From Cycas panzhihuaensis (taxonomy: Eukaryota; Plantae; Cycadophyta), in assembly GCA_023213395.1 (NCBI GenBank), contig CM041465.1, positions 74,965,741-75,029,740 of the forward strand: 64,000 nucleotides of DNA, read 5' to 3'. Positions 38,211 through 50,499 of this stretch are shown here, in pieces. Made by a program: the position numbers and the translations under genes. How positions within the stretch are numbered: the first letter of the stretch is position 1; each line of letters starts with the position of its first letter. The notes beneath the pieces were generated by a model. The model was not told where the DNA came from and did no database searches. It saw only the letters and a list, made by a program, of their open reading frames with translations.

Positions 38211-39400
38211 CATTGTGGGATAGACCAATAAAGAGATCCTCTTTTAGGAGATAAGAGATGGAAGTCTTTTGAATGAGGTTTATTTTATTTTTGCAACAAA
38301 AAATAGATTTTGAAAAGTAGATGTTTTACTAAAATAAGTTTGTCAATATTGAACATAATGTAATTAAGATTGTTATTTGGTCATAACAAATTATCTTTAA
38401 CACATCAATTTACCATTGAAAAGATAAAGACAACTCATTCAATCTTTTATTTTCAATATTGATTAGAAAAATGTAGTAAAATAAACTTATTAACATTAAT
38501 ATTTATAGTTAATAATAAAAAAATATTAATTTTTTTATGAATCATATCATTATTACACGTATTAAAGATTAAATTAAGATGTTTGGTGGATACATAATTA
38601 TTTTACTTTAATTTTTAATTAATTACATAATATCGATAAAAAAAATTAATAAATTTTATTGAATTAAAATCAAATAATGAATATTTGCTAGCTTAAGATA
38701 CTAGAATTGATAAATCATATGAAAATTTTCTTAAAAACTTATACATACCTCAGCTTACCTAGACGCAAATGAAGATATATATTTAGGTGAGGTTCTATAA
38801 ATCAAAATGACATCCAAATGGCTTGAGCAGCTAGTTAATACATCCATATCTAAAATATGAATATGACACTTCTTTCAAAATTGAATTTAGATTTCGTATG
38901 TTGAAGTTATTAAAAAAATAGCACAGGTACCCCCTTTTTGAAAGAAAAATTAAAAAAATAAAAATAAACATAAAAATAAAAGGTAAATTGTTAAGATAGG
39001 GGTTAAGCCCCCTTTAAGGACTGATCAGGGTCACATAGGAGGCTTATGTGGTTTGGGGCTTGAGGAGGGGAGGGGCTTAGATAGACTAAAAAAAAGAGTT
39101 TAATTTATTTTAATTAAACTTACCCTTACATAAAAAAGAGTAAATAAAACATTATTGGAGAGGGACGTAGACCCAAAAAAGGAGTAAATTAGTTTATAAA
39201 CTTCACAAAGATTTATACATTCTTGGATATGGGTTTCATTCCACTTCTCCATTTAGGTTTTTGTGGGTTCGAAGGGCGACAACTCCAATTGATAGAGGTT
39301 CTTGAATGATGTTATCTGGGTGTCTCCTTTACATGATTTCTCTTGATATCTAGAGGCTCATTACTGGTGTTAGTTGCATGCATGGTTGCAACTTCTTTAG

Positions 39401-39567
39401 GCTGGTTGCTGGTCTTGATTCCTTATGTGGTTGATGACTTTCTCAAGCTAGTTGTTGGTCTTGATTCCTTGCATGGTTGATGGTTTTTTCAAGCTGGCTG
39501 CCGGTCTTGGTCTCTTCCATGGTTGGTGACATCTTTAACCTAGTCACTAGTCTTTATTCTTCCATTA
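39401..39567. repeat. 46-bp tandem repeat, ~3.5 diverged copies, in the Copia-C leader
   Basis: GCTGGTTGCTGGTCTTGATTCCTTATGTGGTTGATGACTTTCTCAA and variants. Confidence 0.85.
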
Positions 39568-39879
39568 GAATCTATTGTTTGGCAGGATCTTTCCTTAGTT
39601 CTGCAGTAGGTTCATAGGTGAGATGATTTTCATTAATTAGTACTTAGTATTGATGAATTGAAGGCTACTAACCTTGCTAGGGTTTTGTCTCCTTTTGAGG
39701 TTTGAATACCTTCTGTCATCATTGTGGTGAATAAGAGAAAAAGGCCTCTATGTAACCATGATCATTTCTTATTTATGGGAAATATGGTGGAGCTGTGAAT
39801 AGAATAGAGAATAGAAGATGGCCTATGACTGTTAGGGTTTCAGAGTGGCGGTGGAAGATTTTGTATAGACTGGGATGCG

Positions 39880-41756
39880 ATGGCGTCCATCGAACGGCCA
39901 TGGCAAGGACGTTAGGGCCTTGCGCAAGGATTCAATTGGGGTCGCTCACCCCATAGACCTACCTATGAAGGAAGACAGAACGTGAAAGGTGAAAGGGAGG
40001 TGCAGACTATGGCGTAACAACTAGACATTCCAGAGCCTACATCTTTGGCTCATTCTGGAATGACTGCCATTCTAGTGCACTATAGTGATAGTAGGAAGGC
40101 AGATCGAGATAGGTAATAGTTCCTACTTGAAGATAGATAGGTTTTTAGAGAAGCCTGATTGGGAAAGGAGACAGGGGTTGTGTCATGAAGGCAGACTTAC
40201 AGAGGACCTACTAGGAAGTAGACCTCTGATTGGGACCAAGAAATCAAAAATGAAGATAATGGCTAAGCAGGCTTTAACCATGGTATGCTTATGTTTTTCT
40301 GGCTGGTTCTTCTTTGCAGTCCTTAATATTTAAATATGGAAATGGATTATATTCCTTAAAACGAGACTCAGATCCCAAACCTATCCCCAGGGAAATCTTA
40401 CCGAGATGTATTGAAATCAAATGAAGAGGAAACTCTCAACCTAATGCCAGTGGTTATTGATAATAAAGTTAGATTGAAAATACCCCTAGCTCTTGTGGAG
40501 AGAACCGAGAAACTTTGGGAGAACTACCTTGTAGGCAAATTCTTGGGACCTAGACTAGGTCTGGAGACTATCAGGAGCTGGACGAGAACTAAATGGAAAA
40601 TGGTGGGAAGCGTGGAAGTAATAGCCATGCCCAAGGGTTGCGTGCTATTCAAATTCTCTTCCTATGAAGATATGTCAAGTATCCTACTCAGGGCTCCATG
40701 GATGTTTGGCAGGAAAGCCTTGTCTCTTGAGAAATGGCACAAGGACTTTGATCACTCTATTCCCAAAATTAAACAATCCCCTTTATAGATTCAACTCCCG
40801 GGCCTCCCATTATACCATTGGAACCCAGAAGTATTTAAAGGTATAGCAAAAGTGGTGGGTCCTCTTCTAGCAGTTGATTCTATGACAAAGAACAGGAGCA
40901 GACTCATTAACGTTAGAATTTGTGCTTTAATTTAGCTTCATAAACCTCTCCTGGATGACATCTGGATGGACGTGCCGGATGGGAGTTGGGTGCAGCCGCT
41001 GACTTATGAAATGGACCATATAAGATGCTCCACCAAGAAAAACTGGGGCACTGCCCAAAAATGCCTAGGGGTTCAACCTCCAATGGATGAGAATAATAAG
41101 GGACCCCCAGAACCAAATCTCTAAGAAAAGAAAGAAAAGGATCAAGAGGTGGTACTAGAGCATGTAGGTCACATGGAGGTAGCTAAGACCCCTCTAGGGA
41201 ATCTGGGTTTCAACCCCAATGAGGAGGATTTGCTCCTAAAGGAAGGAAAGCAAATTGCATAGACCTTTTTGACTCTGGGTAGTCAGGCTGGCATGGTCAG
41301 TATAGAGGTTCCTCCCCATGTTAAGACTACAACCAAGTTACAAACTATCCCACCTAAACCACAGCGGGCGAGGGATAAGCAAGTCACAGGAAGGTTAGGT
41401 TTGTCTCCTACCGCAGAGGTTGAAGATGTTTCTAGAGAATCTGAGAATCAGAGGCAGTGGGTTAGGGTTAAGGAGTCAGCACCCATATTGGAGGACTTAG
41501 GAGAACTGCACCGGATCCAACACCATAACCGATCCCCCAGAAAAAGCAGCCAGATGTGGGAACTGAGAAGAAGGTAGGGAGGCCACCTCTAAAGCTATTA
41601 AGAGAGAAAGAAACGGCTGCCCAAGTAGACCAAGGCAGCCAGAAACCTCTAAAGGAAGTATTCCTTGAAGGGCCTACCCTTAGATCCAGTACTTTAGGCA
41701 AAGAGCCTCCAAAAGGAGAGCCTGCTGAAGTCTGAAAGCAAAGGAAAAAGAAATGA
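39880..41756 (+). pseudogene. LINE ORF1 (DUF4283-type RNA-binding region plus degenerate zinc knuckle); start approximate
   Basis: WENYLVGKFLGPR...APWMFGRKALSLEKW; LPGLPLYHW; C-terminal GRPPLKLLREKE...GSQKPL. Frameshifts and stops. Confidence 0.85.
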
Positions 41757-44700
41757 AACTAATATCATGGAATATCAGGGGACTCAACGCCCCCTCGAAG
41801 CAGAGGATTATTAAGAATATGAGAAATAAATATCTTTCGGATCTGATATTCTTGTAGGAAACCAAATTGAATAAGGAGAATGGCCCAAGGATTAAGAACA
41901 AAATTTAGAAGACCGCTGAAAGTATTGAGATCGACTATGCCCAAGGAGCTGAGGGCTTAATGGTCCTATGGAATCTGTCGACATGGTCGGAAGAACTCTT
42001 CCTAGCAGAGGGATCTTTTATATTGGTTCAGTTAACAAACAAAAACAACAACCTATCATGGTTAGCCATAAACGTCTATGCTCCAAATAGTCAAGAGGCC
42101 AGGAAGAGTCTTTGGGACAAACTATTAGAGGCCCACAGGGATTGCCAACAACCATGGCTGCTGGCAGGGGATTTCAACTTGGTGATGTCCCTGAATAATA
42201 AGAGAGGTGGCACTGGTGGATGGACAACCAACATGGGAGAGTTTAGTGACTTCCTTCAGCAGGGGGGCCTAGAGGATGTTAAGCTTAGGGGGGCATCTTT
42301 TACCTGGTCAAATAAGCGATTAGGGAATGACTTAATTCAAATTAAATTGGACAAGGTGCTGGTCAATTATGACTAGATGAGGAGCTTTAATAACTTCACC
42401 CTTGAGGTATTACTAAGGACAAGATCTGACCATTCTCCACTCTTGCTCCAATTTTTGGACCTGGGCAAATTCATTGGGTCTCCCTTCAGGTTCGAGCTAA
42501 TGTGGCTTCGTCACACTGATCTTAGGAATAGGGTTAAAGAATGGTGGCGAATTCAAATCAAAGGTCACACAATGTACAGATTTTCAAAGAAGATTGATTG
42601 GATTAAAAGACAAGTTAAGGCTTGGAACAAGGAGGTACTCCAAAATATTCATGAGCAGAAGGATAAAACTATCAGTGATCTGAAAGATATAGAGGATAGG
42701 ATTGAACAAACGGGTAGATCCCCTGAACTAGATAAGACAGAGAAGGAGCTGGTTGAGAAGCTGGATGAGATTCTCACAAGAGAAGAAATCCACTGGAGAC
42801 AGAAATCTAGGGCTCTTTGGTCGGCAGAAGGTGACAAGAATACAAAATTCTTCCATATGACTACAACTAAATATAAAGCTAGCAATAGAATTACCAGTCT
42901 TCAAATGGAAGATGGCTCGGTTGTTAGTTCGACTGAGGGAATGAAGGAGTTGGCCAGCGATTACTTCAAGAATCTATTCACTGAACCACAGGACGGGGAC
43001 ATGGATAGCAGGAAAGACTTCCTAAACAACATCCCTAGGTTGGTTAATGAAGCTCAAAATGAGCAGCTAACTTCTCTGTTCACTCTGGAGGAAGTCAGGG
43101 CGGCTCTCTTCGACATGAAGAAAGATAAAGCTCCTGGCCCTGATGGATTTCCTCTGGGTTTTTTCTAAGAGTATTGGGATATTATTAAAGGAGACTTAAT
43201 GGAAGCTTTGTAGGAGTTCTATGTAAACAAAAAGATGTTGTAGGAATGGCAGACTACATTCCTTGTCCTCATTCCTAAAAAAGAAGGTATGAAAAGGATG
43301 GAAGAGTTTCATCCTATTAGTCTTTATAATGTTAAATACAAGATTTTAACTACTGTCCTGGTCAACAGACTGAAGAGAATTATGCCAAACATTATCTCCC
43401 AGAATCAGGATGGGTTCCTTCGAGGTAGGCAGATATATGATGGATATATTGTTGTCCACGAAACAATTCACTTAGCTACTAAAAGGAAGGAGCCTGCGAT
43501 GCTCATCAAGATCGATTTCATGAAGGCCTTCGATAGGGTCTCCTAGGAATGCCTGCTAGATTGCCTAGAGGCATTTGGCTTTAGGGAATCTTGGCAATCT
43601 TGGATTAAGCTGTGTATTGGTAATCCACAATTCTCTGTTATTATCAATGGTTCATCTTCCAAGTTCTTCCCCAAATTTAGGGGGTTGAGGCAAGGAGATC
43701 CCCTTTCTCCCTTCTTATTCATCACGATGGCTGAGTTGCTAGGTAGAACCTTGGAGTCTACTAGGAGGCTTGGGTTCTTAAATGGTATCAAATCGACATG
43801 GGGGGTGGACAATGTGGCACACCATCAATTTATAGATGACAATATCTTTCTTAGGAAAGTGACTATAAGAGAGGCTTCCAAATTTAAAGAGATCTTAGGA
43901 TATTTTGAGAAGGCCACGAACCAGAAGATAAGTCTCAAGAAGAGTAACGTCTTTTTCATAAATACCCCAGGCTATATCCAAGGCAAGATTAGCAAAATCT
44001 TAGGAATGGACATAAAAAAGCTTCTCACAATTTACCTGGGTTTGCCTTTATTTGTTGGTAAGATGTCCAAAGATATGTGGAACCCTCTTATAGATAGAAT
44101 GCAAAGAAAGTTAGCGGGTTGGAAAGGCGCCCTTCTGAGCTTAGCTGGAAAACTCCAGCTAGTTACCTCTACTCTCCAAAGCATCCCAGTATTTTGGATG
44201 TCCATCTTTAGGGTTCCACCTAGTATCTCAGACATTATTGAATTAATCCAGAAAAGATTTCTCTGGTCTAGGACAGAAAGTAAAGACAGGATTCATTTGA
44301 TAAGTTGGAGCAAAGTATGTACTCCAAAATGGGCCAGTGGTCTCAATTTGAGAAGGCTCTCTCCCTTCAATGTTGCCCTTGGGGCAAAGTTTGGGTGGAG
44401 ATTACTCAAAGGTGGGGAGAGACTTTGGGAGAGGATCCTTTCTAGAAAATATATTCAGGGGGGCTCTCTTTTGGATAGCAGTGTCTCGCCTACCGGTTTC
44501 TACCATCTGGAGGAGTATCCTCAAAGCTTGGGTAACTATCAGGGATGGCGTAAAATGGAGACTGGGTGATGGCAACTCCATCAGATTTTGGGAAGATGTG
44601 TGGTGTTGTGATAAGGTGCTGAAGGAGTTCCCAGACCTAGTGCCTTTAATAGGTCCTTGTGTTAGGTAATACGGTAAACTGATTAAAGATTATTGGACTA

Positions 44701-45945
44701 GAAGAGAAGGAAGCAGGATCTGGAGGAACTTTGAAGATATCCATGGGATAGGTAGCCTGCAGGAGGGTCTTAATAAGATTAAAATGATTCTAGGTAGGAG
44801 TTATATCCCTAGAACTCCTTTGCAGGATTCATTGGTGTGGCCCTCTACACCGGGGAGTACACAGTGCAATAGGGTTACCAATACTTATGCCTAAAAAGAG
44901 GGGACAAGAAAAACCCAATGCTAGAAGGTGTCTGGAGGCTCCTCCTCGTTCTGAAAATAGCTCTTTTCTGGTGGACTTGTCTCATGAACAAAATTCTCAT
45001 TGTAGATAACCTTCAAAAGTGAGGCTTTATGTTGGCTAACAGATGTGTTTTATGCGGCAAAGGGGAGGAATCCATTGATCACATCATCCTAAAGTACCCT
45101 TTCATAAGGGAAGTATGGAGGAAGTTGCTTGGAAAACTGGAAGTGTGCTAGACATTCTTGTAAAAGATAGCTAACCTTTGGCTTGCTTGGCAAAGCCCAT
45201 TCAAAAGTAATACCCTCAGCTGCATTTGGAAGAATACACTCCCGATTTTGGCATGGAATATCTAGAAAGAAAGGAACAGTAGGATTTTCTAGGGAAAAGA
45301 GAAGGACCAAATGGCCATCTATAATAGAACCTATTTAGACATCAGAGAAAACATTGTAAATGTTATAGAAAAATGCATATCCCTGAAAGAGAACAGGATT
45401 TTGCTCAAACCGGCATAGAACCTGAATTTGTGACGTCTAAGCCCAGAAGCACTAGATGGATACCTTCGGAGGATCCCTGGATCAAAATTAATTTTGACGA
45501 GGCAGCGAAAGGGAACCCTGGTGAAGCCAGGGGTGGGGGAACCTATAGGGACAGCAAAGGCTCCCTCATTTGGGCCTTTGCAGATTACTATGAGAACCAG
45601 ACGAATAACTATGTGGAAATGCATGCTATGCTTAAAGCCCTCAACTTAGCTAGCATAGGGGGCATTCAGAGGTTAGTAATTGACGGTGATTCAGAGGTTG
45701 TTTTAAACTCGCTAAAAGGAGTGGCCCTCCCGGATTGGAGATTTCAGGCTATAATCAAAGATGCCATAGAGATCATTAAAGGATTATCGGATGTCTATAT
45801 AAGACACACTTTGAGAGAAGGCTATAAAGCAGTAGAGTTTTTGGCAAACTGGGCGGTGAGGAACAAGAGGGGTCAAGTGTGGAGATGTGATTTCCCTAGG
45901 GACCTTCTAGCTCTGGTTGAGAAGGATGTGATCTATAGTAGCTAG
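41753..45945 (+). pseudogene. LINE ORF2: AP endonuclease - RT - zf-RVT - RNase H
   Basis: MKLISWNIRGLN, NVYAPN, GDFN, SDHSP, KAPGPDGF, KIDFMKAFDRV, RQGDPLSPFLF, QFIDD, C..C....ESIDH, INFDEAAKGNPG...GDSE...HTLREG. Several stops and frameshifts. Confidence 0.97.
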
Positions 45946-48900
45946 CCATGGGGCTTATCTCAGCATTCTAGTCCTCTTGCCTAAATCGTGGGGTTGTCAC
46001 GGTTAACTTTGACTTGGTATCTTATTAGCTTTCTGATGTATTAGGTTGTAGGATCCTGTTTTCAAACCCACTTTAATTCATTTTATTTTACCAAAAAAAA
46101 TTCTTATTTATCTTCTTAAATTTCTTTTCAATTTTTGTCATCAGATGAATTTATTGATGGACTGCATGTAGATGTCATTACAGTAGGAATTTCTTTTACT
46201 TCATGTTGGTGATTTCTTCAGTATTTTTTATACATTTTGGAACTAGTTAAGAAAGGCTTTGCTTTGTAAGGATCTTCTCCAAGCTGCAACAAGTGGTTCT
46301 AAGCAATTTCTGAAGCTGGATAGAGGATTTTTCTCGTACTAGGGTTTCATTTTAGCAGTCTTCTTCCTTTTTAGAAAAAAAATAAAATATGAGATTTTAG
46401 CTTTGAGAGAGGGTTTATCAAACTATGGTTAATGTATTTATTTTGTAATAGCTTCGTAGATGAACTAGCAGTATGTAATTTTAATAGGCTAGACCTACAA
46501 AATAGATGTTAGTGAATAAAAAGAAAAACACCTTTTTGGCGTTAGTTTTTGTAAGAAGAAAATAATTATTTAATATAAATTTTTGTTCCTATTAATCTTT
46601 ACATATTTGTTGTTTTAGAACTTACTACAAGCATTGTATATTAATTGAAATTTACTAACTACCCTGCTCTGATATCATGTTTGGAGAGAGGGTTTTTCTA
46701 TTTATATATATTACAGTAATTTAAATCATAATAAGAAAATTAATATAAATAAATAACAACTTATATTTTATATAATCATAAACACAATAATCATGCAAAT
46801 TGAGACAGAGATTGGACAGGTGGAAAAAACCCCTAATGGGGATTAAAAAACCACCTCAAAAATAGATACATGATTAATAAATAAGTAAATTATATGTTAT
46901 AGACATAAGAGGATCTCATCCTCTCTCTCTAAAGTTGAGAATATGAACAACAAAGCAGTTGACCAGCATCATAATCTCTTGACCATGTTTGTATAGTTTA
47001 GATTAGCATTTTTACCATTATCACCATTAGGACCATCTCTCTAAAATCTAAGAAGATATAAATAGATGGAGAGGTTCATTGAAAAGATAACTACTCTATT
47101 TCAATGAGCTTTACAATAATAGGATTATTTAATAAAGTAACTTTAAAAGATAACATTAGATGTCATTAATATTCTAACAAAGATAAACAAGATTTTAACT
47201 TCTTATGGAGTCTCTATCGAGGTCAGAATCAAAGGTTAGGGTGGTAAGTTTATAATGGAACTATTGCTACCATGGTAGAGATCAGAGATTGTGAAGGGTG
47301 GAGGATCTATTGATGGAGGTATGGATTGTGAGATGGAGGTGGGGTACTTGTTGTGTTGGATATAAATAGGATATTAAAGTTGAATGCCATTTATAGGAGT
47401 ATCTTATTCGATTTTTGATCCAAAGTATCTTATTTCTAGTTGGTCTCCTTGAGCTCTTTGAACTGTTAATTAATTCTCTAATCCATTCATGCTAGTCTTA
47501 GGTCCACTATTACTAGGTTTTGAGCCATTTCTATAAATTGAACCTTTAGTATCTGGATCTAATTTACTTATGTGGGGGTCATTGATATAAGATCTATTAT
47601 TATAAAAAGGAGGAGAATTTAGAGAAGAGCAATAGGGCAATAAGAAGGGTATTTACAAAAAAGGGAAAGTAAATAGAAAGAATAAGATTAAAGAACTAGG
47701 GAGTGGTGTAAACAAGGAGGGATAAAAGGAGGAGACATCTATAGCTTCTTGATCTTTGAAAACTTATAATAAATTTGCCTAGTACACTAAGACAAGTATG
47801 AAAAGTTTGTTGAAATAGTATAGGTGAGTTTTTAGTGCTTAAAATAGGGTTATAGGGTCGACATAGTGCATGTATATCATTTTACCCTAAAAATTTTAAG
47901 TTGAAATTGACTTAGTGAAAAATAAACAATGTCATAAGATTGTTAGAATAAGATGTGTGAAAAATAAAGGAAAATTTAAGTTGTAGACTTTTTTTTTTCC
48001 CTTTTTTATGCCCTAATCACTAATACCTATTTTAGGTTTAAAATTTTAATTTTTGCAGAAGTAACCTTGTAGGATGCAAAAATGACCCTATGGGTGGTTT
48101 TTCTTATGTCCCTCATTTTTCTTTCTTCAATTAATAGTGAATATTTCTAGACTTGAAGCTAAAAGTTTGGACAAAAAGGAATATGGGAATAGAGTTCATA
48201 TAATTTGATTTGGTTAATGTTGTGGTGATTTGTATTTAGTATGATAATGCAAAATTATATTTAAGTAACTAATCTCTAAGTAGACTATGAACACAAAGTT
48301 TACCCAATTTATAGCTCAATTGATATTGATTACTTGACTTAATTTCTTAAGGCACAAACTTTAAAGGGTCATTGTACCCATAGCCACAATAGTCATATTG
48401 AGATGTTCTAGAAGAGTAGCTTCTTGGTTCTAACTATTAACCAATGCACTAGAGTTTTTCAACAATCGATAAGATACCTAATTTAGGATAGAAAAGCAAC
48501 CTAACAAGGTCCTCCTATATACCCAAAGGTATGTGGAGGCTTACGTTTGTATACAAGTGCTACCTAAGGTCTGTGTAAGTAGGTAGCCTACTTCATTTCA
48601 TGTACTAGCATATACCCAATTATGTCAACTACTCATGAAGTTTTATAAATCCCTAAAATAAGGTCTTTACTTATACTTTATGGAAAATAAAAAGGTTGTA
48701 GGAAAGTTGGTTGTTATTCTTCCTTCTCTATAATTGATAGTGTAGAGAGTGTACTTGAGTAAAATGTATGTTGTTTTTTCTCAATCTCTATAATGAATAG
48801 TATAGAGAGAGAACTAAAGCAAAAATTAATAATAAATAAACAAAATATAAGGGAGAGGGTTTATGATTTTTTTTTCTTCACTCTGGGGAAATTACTTTTC

Positions 48901-50499
48901 TCTAAAATTTTCATTTCTCCTGTTATTTCATGCCTTCACATACTTTTAAATGGACCAAAGAGTTGAGCTCTTATTTCACTTGGAATGAATTTATCCCAAT
49001 ATTCTTCCACACATTTGATTATTTTCAACCTCAAAGGGCATAATTATAAAACTTAAGTGGCAAATGAAACACATTTATTAATAGAATAGAATTTGATTAC
49101 AAAGAGAAGAGTGATATAAGATCACCAAAAGAGAATTGAAAGTATACTAAAGTACAATCTCATAAGAAATGATAATATATAATAATCTTCACTTTACATT
49201 AGGCCAATCTTAAATAGACAAGAGAGGCCTCTTATGTAAAATATCATTGGTGGGATAAATGGCCTTTAATTCTATTAGAAGATATAAGCAACATGTGCAT
49301 AATAATTAATAGTTAACATTAACCACCAAAGTCCCTTATCATATATGCTAGCAAACTAATTACACTTAATAATAGGAGGTCATGTAGGATATTATAATTA
49401 GTTAATTCTATATAGATCTCACATTTCACATGTGTTCTAACATAGTGTTTATCATCTACAAGATGTGTAGAGAACTCTGCAGGTTTAAGGCTTCGACATC
49501 ATCCTTATATTTGCACATGTTGATAATTATATCTCGCACATGTTGATAATTATGTCTCGCATCTACTTTTATGTGGTAGCACCTTTAATATTTAGTATGA
49601 TGCTTATATTGATGGACATGCTAATAAAACCATATGTTATTCATATTTTAAATTCATATTCAATATTAAAGTCAACATCTATGTTTAGTTTATTTTTTAA
49701 AACAATGATCTCTATTGCATATTTTCCCATTACAAAATCATTAACATACTTCTAAAGATTATTCAAATGAAAGAAATTAAACATATGGTGTTTCTAAGTA
49801 GTATAATTTTAAGCACTAAGTAATTTTTCTATGATAGAACCTATTATGCCACCTTCACTAGCCATTTTAACTAAATGACACATAAAAATAACTAGAAAAT
49901 AACTAAAACAACATAAAAATAAATTGTGGAAGCTATAGGATACCTCAGTCTATACATAGGTAACTAGTATAGGTGATTTTACTTTCTTGATCTACTTGCA
50001 AGTAGCTAGAATTTGGCAAAATTATTTAATGTTAAAATTTCTTTAAAGAATATATTATAAGTGTTACATATGACTTCTACTAGATTGTAGATCTCAAAAA
50101 GCTAGATAGCTTGGTATATTTATATATCTAAAATGGACTTTAGATTGGCTAGAAAAGGGCCTGGCACCCTATAAATCATGTGACTTGGGCTTGGGAGATT
50201 GGGAGGCTCTACTATGAGATATTTCTTTTTCTTTTTTTTTCTAATTTAGTTGAATATTTCTCAAACTTAAAAAATAAAAACTAATATTTATATAAAGCTT
50301 TTTAATAGAATATTCTTAGAGAATATTCCCTTTAAAAGGTATACATAATTATTTCCCCTTCATAAAAATCATTCTTTTTCACTTACATGTGTATTTCTCT
50401 CTAAGATTCTTATTGATTCTTGTTAGTATCATTCAGATACTACAGTTATACAATGAGTGCATATTAATGCATGCCATCATACTATGAAAAGATAATGAT

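Larger units (their letters stand above)
39777..46100 (+). mobile_element. Full-length L1-clade LINE with RNase H
   Basis: 11-bp TSD TTCTTATTTAT (39766-39776 / 46101-46111); short poly(A) at 46093-46100; ORF1 and ORF2 present; antisense to the host copia. Confidence 0.95.
33566..47179 (-). mobile_element. Full-structure Ty1/copia element C (LTRs 33566-34056 and 46678-47179) carrying a nested LINE
   Basis: ~490-500 bp LTR pair; perfect TSD AAGAT (33561-33565 / 47180-47184); reverse-complement PBS GCTCTGATATCA before 46678; reverse-complement PPT TCCCCCTTTAA after 34056. Confidence 0.95.

Noticed and set aside
39401-39567. CRISPR-like appearance of short repeats
   Set aside because: Contiguous diverged tandem units without unique spacers, inside a plant retrotransposon, with no cas genes.
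40283-40319. GT...AG intron-like segment in LINE ORF1
   Set aside because: 37 nt is too short for a typical plant intron.
42649-45624. Minus-strand ORFs within the LINE
   Set aside because: Shadow frames of ORF2 with no independent motifs.
48218-49442. Possible solo LTR (TGTTG...CTAACA)
   Set aside because: No matching TSD and no second copy in the window.
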